64,000 nt of DNA from Vermamoeba vermiformis (GCA_045837725.1 JBEWZL010000103.1:1-64000), one strand, 5' to 3'; positions 36,025 through 50,738 are shown, counted from the stretch's first letter. The notes: generated by a model not told the origin, from the letters alone. Translations and numbers: made by a program.

Positions 36025-37755
36025 TTATTTATGTTGTGTTGCAAACAAATCAGGCGAGCAACTGAATTCCAGATCGCTTTGAGAATTTTGCTGTGACGAT
36101 AATTTTGATTTTTGCGACGGTTCTGAATTCTCATTTTTTAAACTACTCTCATCTGGCTTAATATTTCTAATAGATTTTCTTTGACTTCGACGTTGAGTCA
36201 CTTGGTTCATATTCGTAGACGGGGCTGTCAAATAAATGAACGGAGATGAGTTGAGATTTCCCGAACAATTCTCCGAAGACTCCGTTTGCGTTGTTAAATC
36301 TTCAAAATTCCTGGCAATATCTTCGCTGCTGCGGGTTAATTCATCGTGATTCGACTGCTTTTCATCTTGAGTTTCAACGTAAATGAACGGCGATGACATT
36401 GAAAGTTTTTGCGAGTCCATTAATTGACTAATTCGTGATCCTTTGCTATTATTAAACTTTTTCTGCGTAAATGTTGCTGGAGTCAAGCCTGGCGTTGCTT
36501 GTGTAGGTTTATATACAAATGGTGAACTACCCAAGCTGTCGTAACTGTTCTTCAATTTGTTTTTTCCAGTCGATTGTTGTGTTGGTTGCATCTGCGTGTG
36601 ATTATACGACATTGTTAATGCAAACGGCGAACTAGCAATATCGTCGCTTGATCCGTTCAGTGAACCATTTGCATCCTTGTCTTTTGATTGGTCAGCGTTC
36701 GTTGAAGGAGCTAACGATTTATAAACGAACGGTGATGAAAAATTGTCCAATAGCACGTTGGATTCATTTTCTGCTTCGTTTTCTTTCTCGTCAAAAGCTT
36801 CCAAACCAAAACTTTCGTTGTAATGATGATCAATAAATGATTCGTTGATGTTATTGTACGTAATGATGTGCTGTTCTCTGGGAGATGAATCGTAAATAAA
36901 CGCTTCGGTTCTCTTAATGACAGGCTTTCGAGGTTGTTTTGGTGCTGGTGGCAACATCGGCGAGGAAATTATGTCATCTTCTGGACGATTTTGCGGTTGT
37001 CTCTGTAATAAATTCATTAGACCAATCATATTAAAATAATTTAGTGTTCGCTACAATAATAATAAGCCTCATATTTGAATTTTTTCCGAAGCGATCCACC
37101 GAACTTACTTGAGTCTGATCCCAATCGCACAAGGACTTGCGCAGTTTTTGAATCGTTCCAGCTGTTTGAACGGAGCCTTTGATTTGCAGATGTTTCTTAA
37201 TAGCATTGACAGTAACGTCTCGAGGTTGCTGCACGCGTTTGTTCGTATGCACATCTGACGGAGATCTAGGTCAGTGTTGCTCGTAATTGCAGGAAGAACT
37301 TACTTTTGTGATTATTTTTGTTGGCTATTACTAAGGCTGGGTTAATATCGATGTACTTGGCTTGAGGAGCCGGATTTGGTTGCGGTTTTTCTGACTTGAT
37401 GAAATCTAGCGATACTTTTTTCGATCCAACTAAAAATGTTGGTTTTGCTTTCGAATCATAGCCTAATTGAGGTCAAATGAATATTAGATTTTTGCAAATA
37501 CATTTTTAAAAATAGATCGAAAATTTAATTTGCCTTCAAAATCGATTAATTGGCCTAACCATTCAAAAATTGCCATTATTATTTTGGGTAATTATTATAG
37601 ATTAACTTTCGCTTACCGACTAATGAAGCTACGAAACTTGCTCGCGACACCGTCTTTTGCTTGCCGATCGCGTTAGAATTCGTTTTGTATTTTTTATTCT
37701 GAGGATATCCATTGATATTCTCTTCGGTAATAACTTCAGCCTTCCTCTTGTGCAT
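36025..37755 (-). CDS. Disordered protein with repeated SSPF(V/I)Y motifs, 4 exons
   Basis: Start MHKRKAEVITEEN at 37755 with a GT-AG exon chain into the long last exon. Low-complexity S/N/Q sequence. Confidence 0.65.
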
Positions 37756-37998
37756 TCATAACCTTCAAGAAATTCGCGGAATGGCCAATCGCGCGGACAC
37801 TGCCCTTTTTTTGCGCTCACTCTGTTTATTGACTTAGGAATAACGCTCTAAGAAAGGATCCAACATTATTACTATATTTCCTTACCTCCACTGAAGTTGA
37901 TCGGTACGGAAGGTCAGCCAGGTAAAAATCGTGGAGAACAACCAGAGGGTTGATCGACAGTTTTTTTCATTTTGAAAACTATCGACTTGAGACCACGA

Positions 37999-40900
37999 AT
38001 GTCGCATCGCAATCGTGGTGGTGGCGGTAATTATCAGCCCAAAAACGATAATGTAAGGCAGTTTGGAAAGGGTCTTGATCTGATCGATTCTCGTATTGAT
38101 TCAAATTTACAGAAAAATCGGCAAAGTGGTGATAAAAAATGGGTAGCTAAGCCAGCAACTAAAGTACGTGAATAATAATGCGGGAGAAAATACTTATTAA
38201 TTTTTGAATTATTTTTAGCAAGATGAGGCTGCCCGCAAGAAAGAGGACGAAGACCGAAAGAAAAAAGAAGAAGAGGAAAAATTAAAAGCAATTGAGGAAG
38301 AGAAAAAGCGTAAAGAAGAAGAGGAGCGAAAGAAACAAGAGGAAGAGGTATTTTTTTTTCATCTGCTTGTAGATGCCTTATACACGCACCAAAAATTTAC
38401 CTATAAATATGAGCAAATTATTAATAATATTTTACGCAAATTTCTTTCTGTCCTTTTGACCCAACGAATCTGCCACAAATCGATCTGACTATAATCAATT
38501 ATCAGGAACGTAAACGACAAGAAGAGGAGCGCAAACGTTTAGAAGAAGAGCAAAAATTGCGCGAGGAGCAAGAAAAACGTCAAAAAGAGCGTCAAGAAAT
38601 TCGAAAAGCCAATTTAGAGGCTGCCGCTGGAAAGCGACCTAGTAAGTACCAATTCTTAATTATAGCCTTATTATATAGCTAATATATATTGTCTTAGATG
38701 AATCGTTTTTCAAAGCACTCGATGCTAGCATTAAGAAAAATTCAACCTTCATTAAAAAATTGCAAACTAAATTGACCGAGGAGAACAAAGACGCGTTGAT
38801 TAAAGAACTCAAGACCTTAAATATGAATAGATTTATAGGCGAGGTCATTCAATCGATCACTCAAGCTCCTTTGAAAGCAGCTGACTGCGATACTGCATTC
38901 AAGGTACAAAAAAAATCTTTATCCAGATCCACGAACAAAATTTTTTTAAATTCCGTGCTGTAAATGTCTAATTACCTAATTTGGCAGGTCATTTCAACGT
39001 TCCATCAATTATACGCTGAATTTTCAACGGACATTATTCCAGCGCTCGTGAAGACTTTCCACGCTGAAAAAGAAAACCTCGTCAAAGCACGCTCATTGTT
39101 GCGTCTATTAACCGAGTTGTATATCTATGGCGTATATAACGATCATACAATTGTCTTGGATATTGTCAAGCAGATCGTCGTAAGTACCAAAACTTGATCC
39201 AGATAATGTTAGTAGATTTAATAATGTACGAACTTTTAATAGGAAAACCGCGATAAAATGAGCCATAATTTGTCCTTGATGGTCGGATTTGTGCGTTACG
39301 GACTTGAATTATTGGGCATTCAGAACAAGGCTGAAAACACAGTCAGACCTGAGCCTGGTCAAGAAGAATCGAAGCGCGAAGAGGCGGAAAATATCGTGCC
39401 TGCCAACGTGCGCGAAATATTTACTAAATTAGTCGACGCCTATTATACTCGAGCCAGCAACTACTTGCTAAAGGAGCACCAGGTAACATTTTTCACATTA
39501 ACTTTTGTCAGCCAAAACTGACTTTCTTTCGCAGGCTCTTCGTGCCAAAGAACGAGAAAATCGTGAGACTCAACAGAATAAAGGCGAGTTGAGCAAAGAA
39601 ACTCAAGAGGAGTACAGCAAGATGAGACAAGCGTACGACAAGGTCTTGGCTAACGTGATGAGGTAAGTCAAGAAATTATTATTTAGTACCGATTATAATC
39701 TGTTATCTAGCTTGGCCGAGTTGCTGCAAAAGAACTTGCCCGCGCTGCCTGAAGAAGAAAGTACGACGAGAATTTCTGAAGTCTCGGTGACACTTGCTAC
39801 TTTTTCAAAGGTCAGTAATCAACTCCAAATGTTTTTTAAGAACTGCGATTAATGTCGTGTCATTTAGCCCGATGACTCGTACAAAGACGAGCCTCTTTGG
39901 GAAGACGAAGACCAACGCACATTTTATGAAGTTTATCCTGACTTGAAGGCACTCGTTCCTGGGCTTTTGGACGATAAACCTGCTGAAAAAGAAGACGAAA
40001 AGGAGCCTGAAAAAGAAGCTTCAAAGCCCGCTGAAGAGAAAAAAGAAACCGACAAACCCGCTGGATCTGAGAACAAAGACGAAACAACCGCGCAACCTGT
40101 CGATAAATTTACCGAATGGAAGAACAAGTGGCCGGCAAGCTGGACTCGTGAAACAATCGACAAGACTGCCGTTGAATTCTGCGCATTTAACAACAAGGCT
40201 AACAGAAAGAAGTTAGTCAAGGCGATGTTCACTGTGCACCGCTCCAAGTTGGATTGGTTGCCGTACTTTGGTCGATTGACTGCGACGTTAAATCAATATT
40301 GGAAGGATGTAGGTCCCAACCTCGTTAGTTTGGTAAGTATTATATGCCATTAGGCTCCGATGGTATACCACAAAAGTTTGCAAGATCTGACCTCGGACGT
40401 GGATCTACTTTCGGATCTAACGTGATTGATTTTAGTTGGAAGATGAGTTCAAAGCACTATACCAAGAAAAGAATCAAATCAATATCGAGACTAAAGTGAA
40501 GAACATTCGCTTCTTGTCGGAGCTCGTAAAGTTCAGGATCTGCCCAGTCACCACTATTCTCCAGTGTCTACGCATGTTATTAGACGACTTTGTCTATCAT
40601 AACATCGATTTGGCTTGCAATTTACTGGAAACTTGCGGTAGATTTTTATACTTGACTCCTGAATCTCACGTTCGCATCAACAATATGGTAAGTTGAAACA
40701 CTAACTCTTGATCAAACGTTCTTTACCAAAAATGGAAATACTAATGACAAATACTTTGTAGCTTGAAATCTTTATGAGATTAAAGGCAACGAAGAATTTG
40801 GACGCACGTCAAAATAACTTGGTCGAGAACGCGTTCTTCAGCGTAAAGCCGCCTGAGCGTCAAATCAAGCAAAAACAACGTCCTGTTATGCACGACTATA

Positions 40901-43132
40901 TTAGAAAGTTGGTTTATGACGATTTGAACAAGGGATCCGTCAAGCTCGTGTTGAAAAAATTGAAGAAATTAAACTGGGCTGAAGACGAGGTAAATACATT
41001 GCGATTTATAATATTATATGCGTAAGTACTAATAATATTTTACTATAGGAGTATATTTTGAAGAAAATGTACAAGATCTACAAGGGCAAGTTCAGCAATA
41101 TTCATTTGATTGCTAGTCTCGTCTCTAGTCTCAGCAAACACCACCCAATCTTCGCTATTAAGTTCGTTGATACTTTATTGGAAGACATTCGTGAGGGACT
41201 TGAAGTAAGTTCGGAAAGCAAACGAGATCTGATTTTTCTTTGTTTTTTGTAACGAATTTCCTTTTTAGGAAAACGATTTCAATAGCCATCAAAGACTCGT
41301 TATGAACGTTAAGTTATTGGGCGAGTTATATAACTATCGATTGATTGAGAATCAAATCGTTTTCGATACTTTGTACACTTTCATTGCTTTTGGTCACGGT
41401 AAGTCCTAACTATTACCAAATAAGGAAATAATCGCTAAAATTATCAATTTTATTCAGCCACCGAAGAAGAAATGAACGAACTTGACCCGCCAGATGAAAC
41501 TTTCAGAATCCGATTGGTGTGCACTTTGCTCGAAACCTGCGGTCAATATTTTTCAAAGGGCGCTACGAAAGAGAAACTCGATCGATTTTTGGTCTATTTC
41601 CAGCGCTACGCATTGAGCAAGGGCGATAACGTCCCGCAGGCCTTATGGTTCACTATCGACGATCGGTTCGACGAATTGAGACCTCGCATGCAACGATTTA
41701 CGACTATGCAAGAGGCTAATGATGCTATTGCTGCTATTGAAAAAAGTAAGTCTTTAGAACGAGACTGGATCAGATCTGATCGACATACGGATGTTGTTGT
41801 AGACCGTTCTCGTTTGGCTTAAACTAACGTCTTATTGTCTTATTTAAAATAAGGTATTAATAATATTATTGTAGGTATTGTCGCAACATTAGGCCCGCAC
41901 TCTGTACCTTTCGATCTGGTCAACTCGGCTCCTGTAAGTACAACCACGAGTAAAGATTCGAAATGAAGCTAATACTAAGATATCTTATAGTATAAGATCA
42001 AGAGCGTTGATGAGAGCGGTGCCCACCAAGCGGGTCAAGAAGAGGAAGACGAAGATGACGAAAGAAAGCGCGATCTGGAAGACGAGCACGGAGACCCTGT
42101 CGAACAAGAAGATGACTATGCTGATAGTCTTCAATTCGACGAGGAGAGCGGAGAAGAAGAAGAAGAGGAAGAAGAAGACGGTACGTAATAACGATATTTC
42201 CTCGGAAAAACGAACATCAATTTTTATTAATTTTAGTTTTGCGCGTACTGACTTCTTAATTTAGAAGACGAAGACTTGGTTGATTATAACGGACCTTCAG
42301 ACCCAAAGAAGGTGCCCGAAGACGACGTAAGCTCATGAGTTCTAGCTGGATGTGGGATCCGAAATAATTAACGTTGGTTTTGTTAGGAATTCCTTCGTGA
42401 GCTCGAAATGATGGTCTCTGAATCACGTGAAGTTCGTAGACTCGATACTTCTGGCATGGATCGCGCCTTGCCTCAACTGCGAAGTATGTACATCCAGATC
42501 TCCAAATGAATCTTTTTAAATCAACAGGATCCGCATTTAGCTAGTGGTTAACCATCATTTTTTATGATTATAGAGAAAGCTAAGAATATCGAGAACGAAG
42601 AAAAAGTTCAAGCAGATTCAGATCACCGTGTCTTCCAGGTCTTGCTCAAACGTGGTCCTAAGCAACAAGTCGCGCAGTTGGCTATTCCTGCTGACTCAAA
42701 ATTAGCTCGAAATCAATTGCAGAAAGACGAAGAAGAGCTTGAAGAACAAAAAGAAATTAAAAGACTCGTGTTGCAGTACGCGCAAAGTGCCGAGACTGAA
42801 GAAGAGGCCGACAGCAAAAACAAGGTACTTAATTAGCTTTATAGTAGTATATAGTATGAGAATGATATTATATAAGACATGGTTTAAGATCTGGTGCTAA
42901 TATTTTGAATTTAGAAAAAGCCGCGTACCGTGCAGATCACGCTAGGTCAGACACCTTACATGGAAGGTAAAGCGGCTACTACTCCTCAAAGTCCTTCACA
43001 AGGACAAGGCCCACAACGTGGTGGATATAATCAAGTCGGCCGAGGTCGTGGAGGTCGTGGAGCATACAAGTAAGATCCGGATCAGCAATTATTATCATAC
43101 TCGTTCTAAACGATTGTTTTAGCCGCCGTTAA
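37999..43132 (+). CDS. UPF2: Regulator of nonsense transcripts 2 (three MIF4G domains), highly intron-rich
   Basis: LDASIKKNSTFIKKL, LWEDEDQRTFYE..PDL, NNKANRKKL, LPYFGRL.ATL, KNIRFLSELVKF, LLETCGRFL and LDPPDETFRIRLVCTLLETCG, then an acidic region and RGG tail. Confidence 0.95.
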
Positions 43133-43576
43133 TTTGAGAATGCAGTGCAACAATAATACGAGTTGAATATCGCAACATATAATCTCTTACGAGAACTTAC
43201 TTGAGCGGGCAACAAGGAAAAGGCGGATCGGATGCGTAAGATAACCAATCTTTGCGAAGCAAAGAAAAACCTTCTCAAGAGCCTTATAACCTTATTGCAC
43301 CGCTAATTCTTTTGCAACCTATAATACAATAAATTTGGATTACAACTTCAACGGGCCTTTTTTTTGATGAAGATCAAGCACGATCTGCAAACCATTTTAT
43401 CAAATTAAATAGTTTATTAATTTTTATTGTTAAGGTATTCAGTTCATTAATGGAACGAAGGTAGTATAACCTCGAAAAAAGTACGTTTTCCCGTTTCAAG
43501 AACAGAATCTTCTTTTTTTTTGTGATTCTGGTTAATTAATCTAACACTAATTATTCGAAAGAGCACCATAAGTCTC

Positions 43577-46500
43577 ATGTCTGGTCGGAATAAACGTACG
43601 CGACCTGAAGACGGGAGCACTCCGGATCCAAATACGCAACCCAAAAAGAAGGCAAGGAAGGAAAACAATTTATTCGCCATCTTGCACGACGAACTTATTA
43701 TTGATATTTTAATATCCGTTCCCGTTGAGCAATTAGGTACGGTCTGTTTATTTTTTAATTTTGGTTTAAAAATTAATAATTATTTTTTGCAGCGACTATC
43801 GCCGTAGTTTGCAAGAGATGGAACGCGCAGTTGATTAAACAAGAATATTGGAAGAAAAAAACGTTAATTACGTGGAAAACTTCACTTTCAGACCTTGACC
43901 GAGACAACTCCGGATCTTTGCGCATTGATAGGACGAAATTATTTGTTCCAACGCTACGGGGTTCGTAAAATAACGATGTTTATGAAAATCTAACTCAACG
44001 TTATTGTACAGTTTCTGTCACCAACCAAGAAATGATTGATTGGCGCCGCTACTTCAAGATCAGGTAATGTTTTTTTGAGCACCTACGACTGATTTCAAAT
44101 TTAATTTATTATCGTTTAGGTCTATACTAGTTCATCTACGAGTGGCAATTAAAGGGACTAGCATCAAAGCAGTGGACCTTGCTCATCTAGAAAGACCTCC
44201 AAAAGAAAAAAAAGAGGAGCCTGAATTGACCATTGACAATGTGATGCGTCCGTACCAGAAGCTAACTTCCAACTACTTTTTTCGAGTTAGTGTCCAAGGA
44301 GATCTTTCTTTACTTCAAAAGTTCTTTGAACTGGGTGTGGAATCTGCTCCAGTTTTGAAGGGAAATAACCAGCACTTGATGACAATTGCCAAAAACCTAC
44401 TGGATTGTGCCAAACATAAGGATTTCAGTGCCAAACATAGGGATTTTATTGGAGAATATGCATTATAGTAAGTTTACAGTATTTTTTAATCAAACATTAT
44501 TAACAACAATTCATTGCAGCTATGCATCAAAATACTTTGAAGTTTGTCAAATCTTTGCAAATGACCATGCAATGCATGGCAAATTGTTTGCAAAAGCCTG
44601 CAAGGTCTTTGCAACGCATGGCAGAGAAGGTAGCACTGGAGTCAGGCTGTTCAACTTACTGGTACAGCACATGGGCAATCTTGCTCTTTTAAGCAATGAA
44701 GATGAAGAGAGGCATGAAGCGACATTCTTTCAGTTTCGCCATTCAAAGACTGAAAAACCCATCATCAGGTGCCTGTTTATTGAAAATCACTGGAAGTGTT
44801 GCACGAAGAGTAAGTACTGCAGTAACTATTGCACTAGTGAATTTTGCAGGAATTAATTCATTGTTGAATAGAATATGATGAAGCTTTGGTTGACTTAATG
44901 GTCAAAACTTATAACAGTTCCAATGATCCTAAGCTTCAAGCAATATCTCTGGCCTTGTGTGATGTGTCTCAGACCATATCAAATCAATTACGTCCAACAC
45001 TGATAAAGTAAGCTCAAAATCAATCCATTCAATCAACTGACTTCAATCTAGACTTGCTTGCATGGCAACAAAACATTCTGATCGAAAGGTTGCATTTGCT
45101 GGCTATGTACTGTTGTGGAAGCAAGCAACTGCATTGGATGATGTGGAACTCAAGTGTGAAGTATTTCAAATTGCATTGGAAGCGATGGATAACTATCCTC
45201 AATCAATGTAAGTCCTTTGTTTACTGTATATATATGAGCACTAATGTTAGTGCAGATTGTTTTTGATCAACATTATCACGAGAATAGCTGGTGGCAATGC
45301 TGATTTCATTTCTGATGCAATGCTGGCAGAACTAAATGCGAAGATTTTGAAATACTTCAACTCAAGATTATGGATTTTTGTGGATGCTGACAATGTTAAG
45401 TCAAATGTATTCTTTGAGATGTGGAGATTAGGCCATCTTTTCAAGGAACGATTTGAAAAGGTAAACTTTTGTTTTTTTGTTGAGCTAAGTGTTCAATCTA
45501 ATTAATTTCTTTGCTAGTACCTACCAGAGTATGAGAAAGCATTAATACAAATGGCAATGGAAATTGGACAACAAGATGAAGATGAAGATATCCCTGTACA
45601 CATTGTACTGTTTTCTGAGCAGATATTGCACCAGTACATGCAATTACGTAAGTGACTGCAAACTATGCTCAATTAGCTAATGAATTTCAGTTATTGCTTG
45701 CAAAGGAGATGCCTCAATTGAGTCAGCTGAAGAATTTGTTTCCAAAATTCTGGCAAACAAACAGCAGTATAATGTACGAGAACCTTATTTCTGTGCTTTG
45801 TTTGGTGAGCAGCTGTTTTCACTGTTTAAAGAAGAACCAGAAGAACTATCAAGAATTACAAGAAAGATGGTCAAAATTTTTGATAAGAGATTGTTGGCTT
45901 GGGGGGCCAAGGAACTCATGATTGAATCAGAAAAAGATGAATTCATGTATGTGCCATGGAGTGACAAGCAATTCAAGGCCATGCAGCAAACCAAAGAGTG
46001 CATTGATGATTGCAATGAGGAAGTAACTTTTATTTCCCACTATTTTAACTCCCCACCTCGAAAATTGGTTATGGCAGAGACTGCTGAAGATCTTTACCTG
46101 ATTAAGGCATGCAAAATGGATGTTCTCTCTTACAGTGCATATACCACTGTGAAGGTAAGACAACATCATTCTTAAACTCAATTTTCAACTTTTTACTACC
46201 AGGGCTTCAATGAAATGATGACAAGTGTTTGCAAAACCCTGTTGGATAATCATGAAGTTATTCCAGAGGGAAGCATCCAGCCAGTGCTTCATCTCATGCT
46301 GGCGCTCTATCGTGTCTCTGCTGAAAAAAAGCAATACCTACAAGTGGTGGTGGATCTATTTGAACGTTTGAAAGACAATTTGGCTCCTTTTCATAGAGAC
46401 TATTACATTGCTATAATTATCCAAGAATTACTGCGTGAGCCACAAACATACCCACTAAACATTCACTCCAAGGTAAGAGAACGACCATGTATCATCAGCT

Positions 46501-47346
46501 CTTGCTAACAAAACCTCTTTAATAGCTAGTTGAATTCTACTTTGAAAGTGGGCACCTCTCATTTCATGTGGCTGGTTGGCTATTTAAATTTGCAATGGTT
46601 TGGGACAGTGAAGCAATCTCATGTTATTATTATTCAAGTGTATGTACACTAGCAACTTCAATTAATGCTAAAACCCTTGTTATTAGGCTTCTACTTTCAT
46701 TAAGAAACTCATAGAACGATGCCCACGTGTAGCCAGGCATGCAGTCAAAGAAGCTGATTTGGATTGCTTGTTCGAAGAAAAAGACTTTGAAGAAGATAGG
46801 GTAAGAATTGTTGCAATTCTGCTTTTGATTAACGTATCTTGATCAACAGGTGAAAACAGATGATCGCATGATTACCGTTGCCTTGCTGACATACTACTTT
46901 GGTGCAAAGTGCTTAGATGTAAGTCAGTTTGGCCTTAATTGCACCAAGGACCAATTAGTTTTCTTTAGGATCAACATAAAGGATTTAAATATGGATACTC
47001 TATCCTCAGTACAGATGGTAAGCTAATACTGAGATACACGTTAAATACTAACATGTAGTAATTAGATTATGTTGAAAAAGCATTAAAATACCTTGCAAAC
47101 AAGAAAAACGGCAAGCCAAGCGAGCGACTCATACTGGCTCGTTTTGTTGTGATCAAGACACTAGAGGAGTGGGGTCCATATGAATCTCTTTGTCTCTTCA
47201 AGGCAATTTATCTACCCGAAAAGAAGGTCAACAAAATCATGAAGATTGTGAGGTTTGACAAGTTTACCACTGGTTCAAGTGAGCTCGATGCAGAAGTTAA
47301 GGCTTGGACGTCACTGTTTGATTTTGAAAAGATCTCCATTTTTTAA
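43577..47346 (+). CDS. Large F-box protein with helical (ARM/HEAT-like) C-terminal region, multi-exon
   Basis: NLS-like start, F-box LFAILHDELIIDILISVPVEQL|ATIAVVCKRW. The exon junctions checked are in frame. Confidence 0.7.
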
Positions 47347-47581
47347 GAATTTTTTAGATTTAACGGCGCAAGTTTAAACGATCAATATTCATTATAATAA
47401 AGCTTACTTTTAATAAAAATGAAATCTCGTTATCATCGGAATCTACTATCGCTATGTTATTGAAAGAAAAAACGTATTTATATTATTTAAACAAGGTATT
47501 TACAATAAGTTAAATTAACGATCCAAAAAATATCCATTATTATTGAATTTGAATCAATTTCGAGCGATGAACTTATCCTTA

Positions 47582-50037
47582 TTAATCGCTTAAATCATCC
47601 GTATTTGCATTGATGCTTCTATTTAAGTCTGGCCGAATGTTAGTTCCGCTATTCTGATTATTGTAGATCGAGATTCGGAACGGTTGGTTCGGGTGACTTG
47701 ACGGCAAATAGTCTTGAACCACTGGCGAAGTGTTGTACGGACTATATTTAGTAAATCCAGCGCTTCCATACTTTGTTTTAGTGCCGTCAAGCAGATCCGC
47801 TCGTTCAGTGAACACATCTGTCGGTCGTTTAGGCTGCTTTGGCTCTTCTGCTTGAGGCATATGTCTGACCGATTGATAAGGAGTGCTATCGCCAAATAAG
47901 GCAGCTCTTGACTTGTTTGCTGTCAAGTTTTTCTTCGGAATCTAGATTCAGCAAAAGTCAAGGAAAATAAATTTGTTTAAAAAAATTCTAGACTGCAAAT
48001 AGGAAATTATATTTGTATAGCTTCATATTATTACCAAATATGGTAATGGAGCACATTTTTGTTTCAAAGGATACGTGCCAAAACAATAAATTGACGAGTG
48101 CTGTTGGTGCGATCTCCCAAATGAAAAATAAACAGAATAAGACTACTTGTCGCCATACCTCGTCCTATAATAAAAACAATATATCATATTAATATCGAAA
48201 TATTCAAACAAATTGAAAAAAAATTGTTCGATCTGATCTCTCGATCCCAACTAAATTTAATCTCGTATTTTAAACATAAGATTATATGTATATATATCGA
48301 TTTTAATATGATACTGAATATTGTATAATATTAAACTCCTTACGTGAGGATTTTCAACTTCAATAATTCCAATTTTAAAGGCGGCAATTGCGTCCTTAAT
48401 AGCACGCGAAAAAAATGCAACGACAATGATGATAGTAACAGTAACTACTTGTGTAAGGCCTCTCTTCTGGAAGTAACCGGTCTGTAATATTAAAATCGTT
48501 AATTACGACGCGTTTCAGATCCGTTTAGATCGCGTGTAACAGCAACCCGAAAATAATTTAAAATAACGCCAAAAATAGCTACGGCAATTAAAAATGTGTT
48601 ATTACTAGATAATATGCTCCGTATTATATAAATTAGCCAATTTTGAGTGTAGTGAGAATTGCCACCGATTTTTCTTAAAAAGGAAAACTACGAATAAAAT
48701 TCAAAATTAACTCTTACTTGTTGCTTAGCGTTAGCCACTGCCTTATGCATCTTCCATCCGAATATGCATAAGAATGCCACCAATAAGAAATAGATGCTAG
48801 CGACAAAAATGTACAAGCCGCTTTCCACGTACGGATGTCGTCCGCCGTAAAGAATAGCCATTGTAACCATGACTAGAGGTGGAACAATAATTAGTATCGT
48901 TTCTATATAGTTTAATTAAAGTAATTTTAAATTAAATTAGACTGAGGCACGATTTGAGCCTGAATTCAATCGCGCGTGCCGCGGTTAGCTCACTAGATCT
49001 TGCTTTAAAATCTTTCAAATATGCTATCATCATTATATTATAATCGCTATTGTCCAATTTATCGATATTATTCGTTATTCATCAATTTCCTAAGATTTTT
49101 CCTCGTGATCGGAACGCGATCTATTATTAAATTTAAAATCGCTAATACTTACTTCCAAAACATATCAAAAAAGTTACGTTGAATAGAATGTAGGTCAAAT
49201 AAGCTCTCTTCTTATATATCACCCAATCTCTTTCAATTTTGTGGGCAACTTCAGCGTAGTACAAAACAAGGAACGAATATGTGGCTACTTGAATGATAAC
49301 AGCCAATCTAATAGCATAATCATGTTAATAAAGTATAATTATAACGAGAAAATTAATTAAAGTTAAATTTGAAAGTAATTTTATCGAGTTTAATTCTTTG
49401 TTGTTAAATCCGGACTTAAAATTGTGATCCACGCCGAAAATAATCGAAAAAATTATCAATTAAGGTTTAATTAATCATATTAAACTCAATTTTCGCAATT
49501 TGCACGTGGAATTCGTTATTTGCGATAAAATGAAATCAATGGTCTTAATTAGCCGTTACATACCCTTGCAATAATATTTCTGCCAGTGGAGACCATGGCA
49601 AAAATAGCCAGAAAATACTGCGCATAATGCCCCATACGAAATTGTAGGCTAGAAATCCGAATTGATAGTGAAATCTGTTGTGTCTGTAGATTTGAAAAAA
49701 TTAATAAACCGAATTAAAACAATATATGGCATCATATTGTTAATTAAGTAATCTTTATGTATAAGAATTAACGTAAGGAATAATTATTAAGTCTTTTTGC
49801 GTGAAATTTACTCGATAGATGAATCCGAAGAATAATTAAACAGCGTTCTTTCGTGAAAATTGCAATTTGAATATTATGTAAATATTGAATATACACGATA
49901 AATAATTCAATTTCGCGTCCAGAAATGATTTCTTACCTATTAATGAAAATACGCGTGATTTGAAATCCGGAGACCAAGGTCAGCAGAACATAAAGGAGAG
50001 CCAAATAGAACGAATATGAATCATAATAAAACTGCAT
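47582..50037 (-). CDS. Seven-TM protein of the GPR137 / TOM1-THH1 family, multi-exon
   Basis: Spliced sequence: LALLYVLLTLVSGFQITRIFINRHNRFHYQFGFL..WGIMRSIFW..QVATYSFLVLYYAEV..FSRAIKD..FIWEIAPT, then a disordered tail. Confidence 0.75.
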
Positions 50038-50738
50038 GATGGAGTCTGAATCGAACTAATACCAGTTGAGCAAAGGTTTTTTTGGGTCAGATCGGCGTCG
50101 TGTCGTTTTGGTAATTAAAACTCCATTTAATCGCACGACGAATAGGTTCAATATGCGTAGTTGTCCTCTAGTGTGTTTGTTAATATATACAAAATAATAA
50201 TAAAGCGTGGTGCCTCCTTTTCGGCTCAAATTTTAATTGAATTTCCCTCGTTGAAAATAAAATTTATTCTTAGCCTCGCGCAAACGAACTAACACAATTA
50301 GAAAGTACTATTTCCTTATTGTTAGACTATAATTATTGCAGGTAGAGAAGATGAAAGCTCCATCTGAAAACGGTCCATTAGAGATAAGTCATCGATTGCG
50401 ACTAAAGCGATATCCAACATTTGGATCTTACAGTATACAAAAACTTCCTATCATTAATATTTAGATTAAGGTAAGCTAAATTTTTCAATTAATTAATAAA
50501 TCTAAAAAACAACGGCTATTTATTTAAATTTTAACGACGTAAATTAAGCTGGGATACATAGCTTTAATTAGTTCTCTTTTGATAATAATCTACTTTGTCG
50601 CAGGGGTTGCAATGAAATGACTAGATCTGGTTTAAATCCGTTGAAATTATGTCTCCATCGTTAGAACTTTCGAGGACGTTCTCCATTACTCAAAAATTCA
50701 GGATAATCGCAGGAGAAAGAACGAATTGAATCGAGTAT

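Noticed and set aside
37880-37970. ATG at 37970 (-) as start of the SSPF-repeat gene with a homopolymer frameshift
   Set aside because: An in-frame start at 37755 gives a clean exon chain; the upstream part is better read as a spliced 5' UTR.
49615-49640. Suspected frameshift in the GPR137-like gene
   Set aside because: Recounting the G run shows the frame is intact (WGIMRSIFW).
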